NCBI GenBank assembly: GCA_032718475.1
Contig: JAUCBJ010000309.1
Coordinates: 1-40,268, forward strand
Direction: 5' to 3'
Source of the DNA: Nemertoderma westbladi
Taxonomy: Eukaryota; Animalia; Xenacoelomorpha
DNA: 40,268 bases
In this document: in pieces, positions 36,691 to 40,268 of the stretch
Layout: each line of letters opens with the position of its first letter
How positions within the stretch are numbered: the stretch's first letter is position 1
Program-made: the position numbers and the translations under genes
The notes under the pieces: generated by a model
Told to the model about the DNA's origin: nothing
Seen by the model: the letters and a program-made list of their open reading frames with translations, nothing else
Databases searched by the model: none

Positions 36691-37692
36691 TACAACTAGC
36701 GATTGATGGTTTGGCTTTCCGACTTCTTACTGGGTGAGTCGGTATTTTTATTTTCAACCTTTAACTAAAGGCTTTTAATAAAATGGTCTGCGCTGTGTTA
36801 TTATTATTATTATTATACTGTATTATTATATATTATTTATTCACAACACAAAAATAAGTGTGAAACCGACACAGAAGCAATAAAATTAACACACAATAGG
36901 TAAAATAGTTAATGGATCGACTTATAATGGCCGCGTTTTCTAAAAAAAGGTCTAAATTGATTGCGTTGATATTTTACTTGCCTTGAAGGGATTCCAAATC
37001 TGTACAAATACATTTGCATTTAGATTAGAAGTTACTGTTATATTACCTGCGCTGCGTGAGGCTTTTACATTTCAAAACAATCTAGAACATAGTTTTTTAC
37101 ATAAATTAAGAACTAATTTAACCTTTTTTTTATTTAAATACTTTAAAGACGGGTTTTTACAATTATTATTTCAGGCTCCAGCCTATGACCCAGTAGGAAT
37201 TTTATATATGACTGAGCTACCCTACATAGATGTTTAGTACTGATATGGGAAATTTAAAAAAATTTGGGTAGCCAAATGGTTGCGCTCGTGTTTTAGGGGG
37301 TCTTAAACATAGCAACGGAGGAAATTGCCATAGCAACAGCTCTTATAGTAAATATGCCGGGTTAAAATTTATGAAAGATTACTATTTTGGATAAGAAGAA
37401 TTTAATGGCATATTTCGTTTTTTGAAAATACCACAGCAACCAAGTGAAAACGACTTTCAAAGTTAGCATTGTTGACAATGTCCTTAGCAATGGGTGTTGC
37501 CGTCGATTTCAATCAGGAGATTGGCGCCGATGTAAGTTCCCGGGGGTAGCGCCCCATCCCAGAATACTAGTCACCGGAATTATTGGTGTTAGGGGAAACT
37601 TGAAATTTGCCATGCAGGTCGTGAAAAAAGAATAGCTAGGCTGAATGTTTATTTATTCGCCAATAACTGATTTCTTATAAACGATCTGATTC

Positions 37693-38565
37693 TAAATATT
37701 TAGGGCTCCCATACACCAAATATTTAGGGCTCCTATACACCAAATATTTAGGGCTCCCATACACCCAATATTTAGGGCTCCCATACACCAAATATTTAGG
37801 GCTCCTCCCATACACCAAATATTTAGGGCTCCCATACACCCAATATTTAGGGCTCCCATACACCCAATATTTAGGGCTCCCATACACCCAATATTTAGGG
37901 CTCCCATACACCCAATATTTAGGGCTCCCATACACCAAATATTTAGGGCTCCCATACACCAAATATTTAGGGCTCCCATACACCCAATATTTAGGGCTCC
38001 CATACACCAAATATTTAGGGCTCCCATACACCCAATATTTAGGGCTCCCATACACCAAATATTTAGGGCTCCCATACACCCAATATTTAGGGCTCCCATA
38101 CACCAAATATTTAGGGCTCCCATACACCCAATATTTAGGGCTCCCATACACCCAATATTTAGGGCTCCCATACACCAAATATTTAGGGCTCCCATACACC
38201 AAATATTTAGGGCTCCCATACACCCAATATTTAGGGCTCCCATACACCAAATATTTAGGGCTCCCATACACCCAATATTTAGGGCTCCCATACACCAAAT
38301 ATTTAGGGCTCCCATACACCCAATATTTAGGGCTCCCATACACCAAATATTTAGGGCTCCCATACACCCAATATTTAGGGCTCCCATACACCAAATATTT
38401 AGGGCTCCCATACACCCAATATTTAGGGCTCCCATACACCCAATATTTAGGGCTCCCATACACCCAATATTTAGGGCTCCCATACACCCAATATTTAGGG
38501 CTCCCATACACCCAATATTTAGGGCTCCCATACACCCAATATTTAGGGCTCCCATACACCAAATA
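37693..38565. repeat. 24-bp minisatellite, about 36 copies
   Basis: aatatttagggctcccatacacc(c/a). Confidence 0.98.
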
Positions 38566-39452
38566 ATTAGGTATAATAATAAAAATATTCCGTCACACAA
38601 GTACAATACACAAATATTCCACGCGCTCAGCTTCTACACAAAAGTTCTTTGTCCCTCGTGTCCGCTTACAACTTTCCCAAAAATCTATAAAATGCACAGG
38701 ACCTAAAATTTAGAATGATTTACCTTTAGAACTTAAAACCTCAGCATCTAAAAATGCCCTAGCAAATAAATTAAAAAAACGTTTTCTCGATGGCTTCTTG
38801 AAGCTGGTAAAGATTCCACAAATAAAGTATCCACTTTGCGACATTACTGTTCATACTCTAGTTAGTATGCCATAAGTTAGACTTATACTGTATCCATCTG
38901 TGTTAGACTTTTATTTAATAAAAAAACGACAGTATATCCAATGTGAGTATATTCCTGATGGGTCCCACTAGCAAGCAATGATTTAATAAACATGCTATAT
39001 TTTATACCGAGACTTTATTTTATACCGTATTTACATACCGAGCACCTAAATTATCTCCATTCGACTCTATCGAGTAACACCCCACCCACCCCGACAGTAG
39101 TAGGAGAAGCATAGCCCTCCACTCACTCCTCCCTAGCCTGGGCTACGGGCCACATCTCGGAGGCAATTAAAAAATGCCAAATTCCGGTGCTAAATCGAGG
39201 TGTTTAATGACCATCTGTCACCATCAATATTGATTCGCGTCGTTGCCTTCAGCCAATCGCTGCCTATCACCTACGCGTAGCCTAACCTCACGATGCCCTC
39301 CTTACTCCTACAGCTGTTACCTCCCGCGCGTATTGGTTCGTGTCGTTGCATCAACCAACCATAGCATATTCATCTTCGCGCGTACCCAAACCTCTCATCG
39401 TGTGGCTAGCCCCACACTACCCTATTATATCGATTCGATCGCCAACTCTTCG

Positions 39453-39743
39453 ACGGCTGTCACCAATCCATTCAACCGAGCAACCTACCAATCCGCCACG
39501 TTTCCGGCTACACGAATACGAACATTTCCATAGTTATTTCCTATTCACGCAACCAACCAACCAACCACTGTATACTGTATATGCTGACAACGTGGCCACC
39601 AACTACAGCAGATATTATATTGATTGCCAACTCCAGCACGGCTGTCACCAATCCAACCAACCAAGCAGCCTACCAGTCCTGCAGTAGGATACGTGTTGAA
39701 ATTCCGCCACGTTTCCAGCTACACGTATACGAACATTTGCATA
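39453..39743. repeat. Diverged direct duplication (80-105 bp, 2 copies)
   Basis: acggctgtcaccaatcca...tccgccacgtttcc.gctacacg.atacgaacattt.catag at about 39453 and 39638. Confidence 0.7.
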
Positions 39744-40153
39744 GTAGTTACTCAACCTAACCAATCCCGCAGCATCTGTGTCATATTGAAAGGCTACCAC
39801 CACTAACATTATATACTGCACGTTTTTATTATAATAATTATTGATTATTACACACACAACCCTATGATTCATATTCTTTCACGTATTTCCTATTCAAGCA
39901 ACCAACCATTCATCCACGTTGCACTCCATCTCTTTTCTTATTCGTCGATGATTATGACACGTACCATCTCTTCTTCGTTGACTATGCCACATCACAAATT
40001 TATATATATAAGTGAATGTTTTTAATAAAATTCATCACTTCTAGTAATCTTCATGGTAATATATTGATACCATATCTAATTTTTTTGTTCTCACTCTGAC
40101 ATTGTGTTATCTCCTTAATAATTTATACATTATCTTACGCGTTGTATATTCGT

Positions 40154-40267
40154 TGGTCGGAAAACGACACCACATAAAATGATACTGATACCAGCATTGG
40201 GTATCGACCTAAAAACGAAAATCTGAGACACATCAGTATCATTTTATCAGCTGTCGTTTTCCGACCA
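40154..40267. mobile_element. Small MITE-like inverted repeat (about 36-bp arms)
   Basis: tggtcggaaaacgaca....ataaaatgatactgat versus atcagtatcattttat....tgtcgttttccgacca; may extend past the window. Confidence 0.7.
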
Positions 40268-40268
40268 T

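Noticed and set aside
37305-37502. Cluster of CCATAGCAAC-like (RFX X-box half-site) motifs
   Set aside because: More likely part of an interspersed repeat; no promoter evidence.
37675-38606. Repetitive ORFs (YGSPKYWV)n and (MGALNIGC)n
   Set aside because: Translations of the 24-bp minisatellite.
36700-40268. First ASPG exon(s) containing the TGGT motif
   Set aside because: Not found by eye; presumably beyond the right edge of the window.

Overview
Eukaryotic (probably invertebrate animal) genomic DNA rich in satellites and retroelements. The minus strand carries seven phase-consistent exons of an asparaginase/lysophospholipase-ankyrin gene (ASPG-like, 36499->14788). A complete 4-exon LSD1/KDM1A gene (34680->22203, about 697 aa) is nested on the same strand inside its 17.7-kb intron. 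The left 11 kb holds an intronless zinc-ribbon + HECT ORF running off the window edge and a decayed BEL/Pao-like gag. The gag is split by a 4.84-kb insert flanked by a 10-bp direct repeat and made of two different 5'-truncated LINEs joined head-to-head. The most striking pattern is that intronic tandem arrays copy or abut splice junctions: an amplified ASPG donor, a triplicated ASPG acceptor, and about 153 copies of a 51-mer carrying TAG|GTAAGT. A minimal type I hammerhead ribozyme motif lies antisense in an ASPG intron. All calls come from reading the sequence by eye; no database searches were run.
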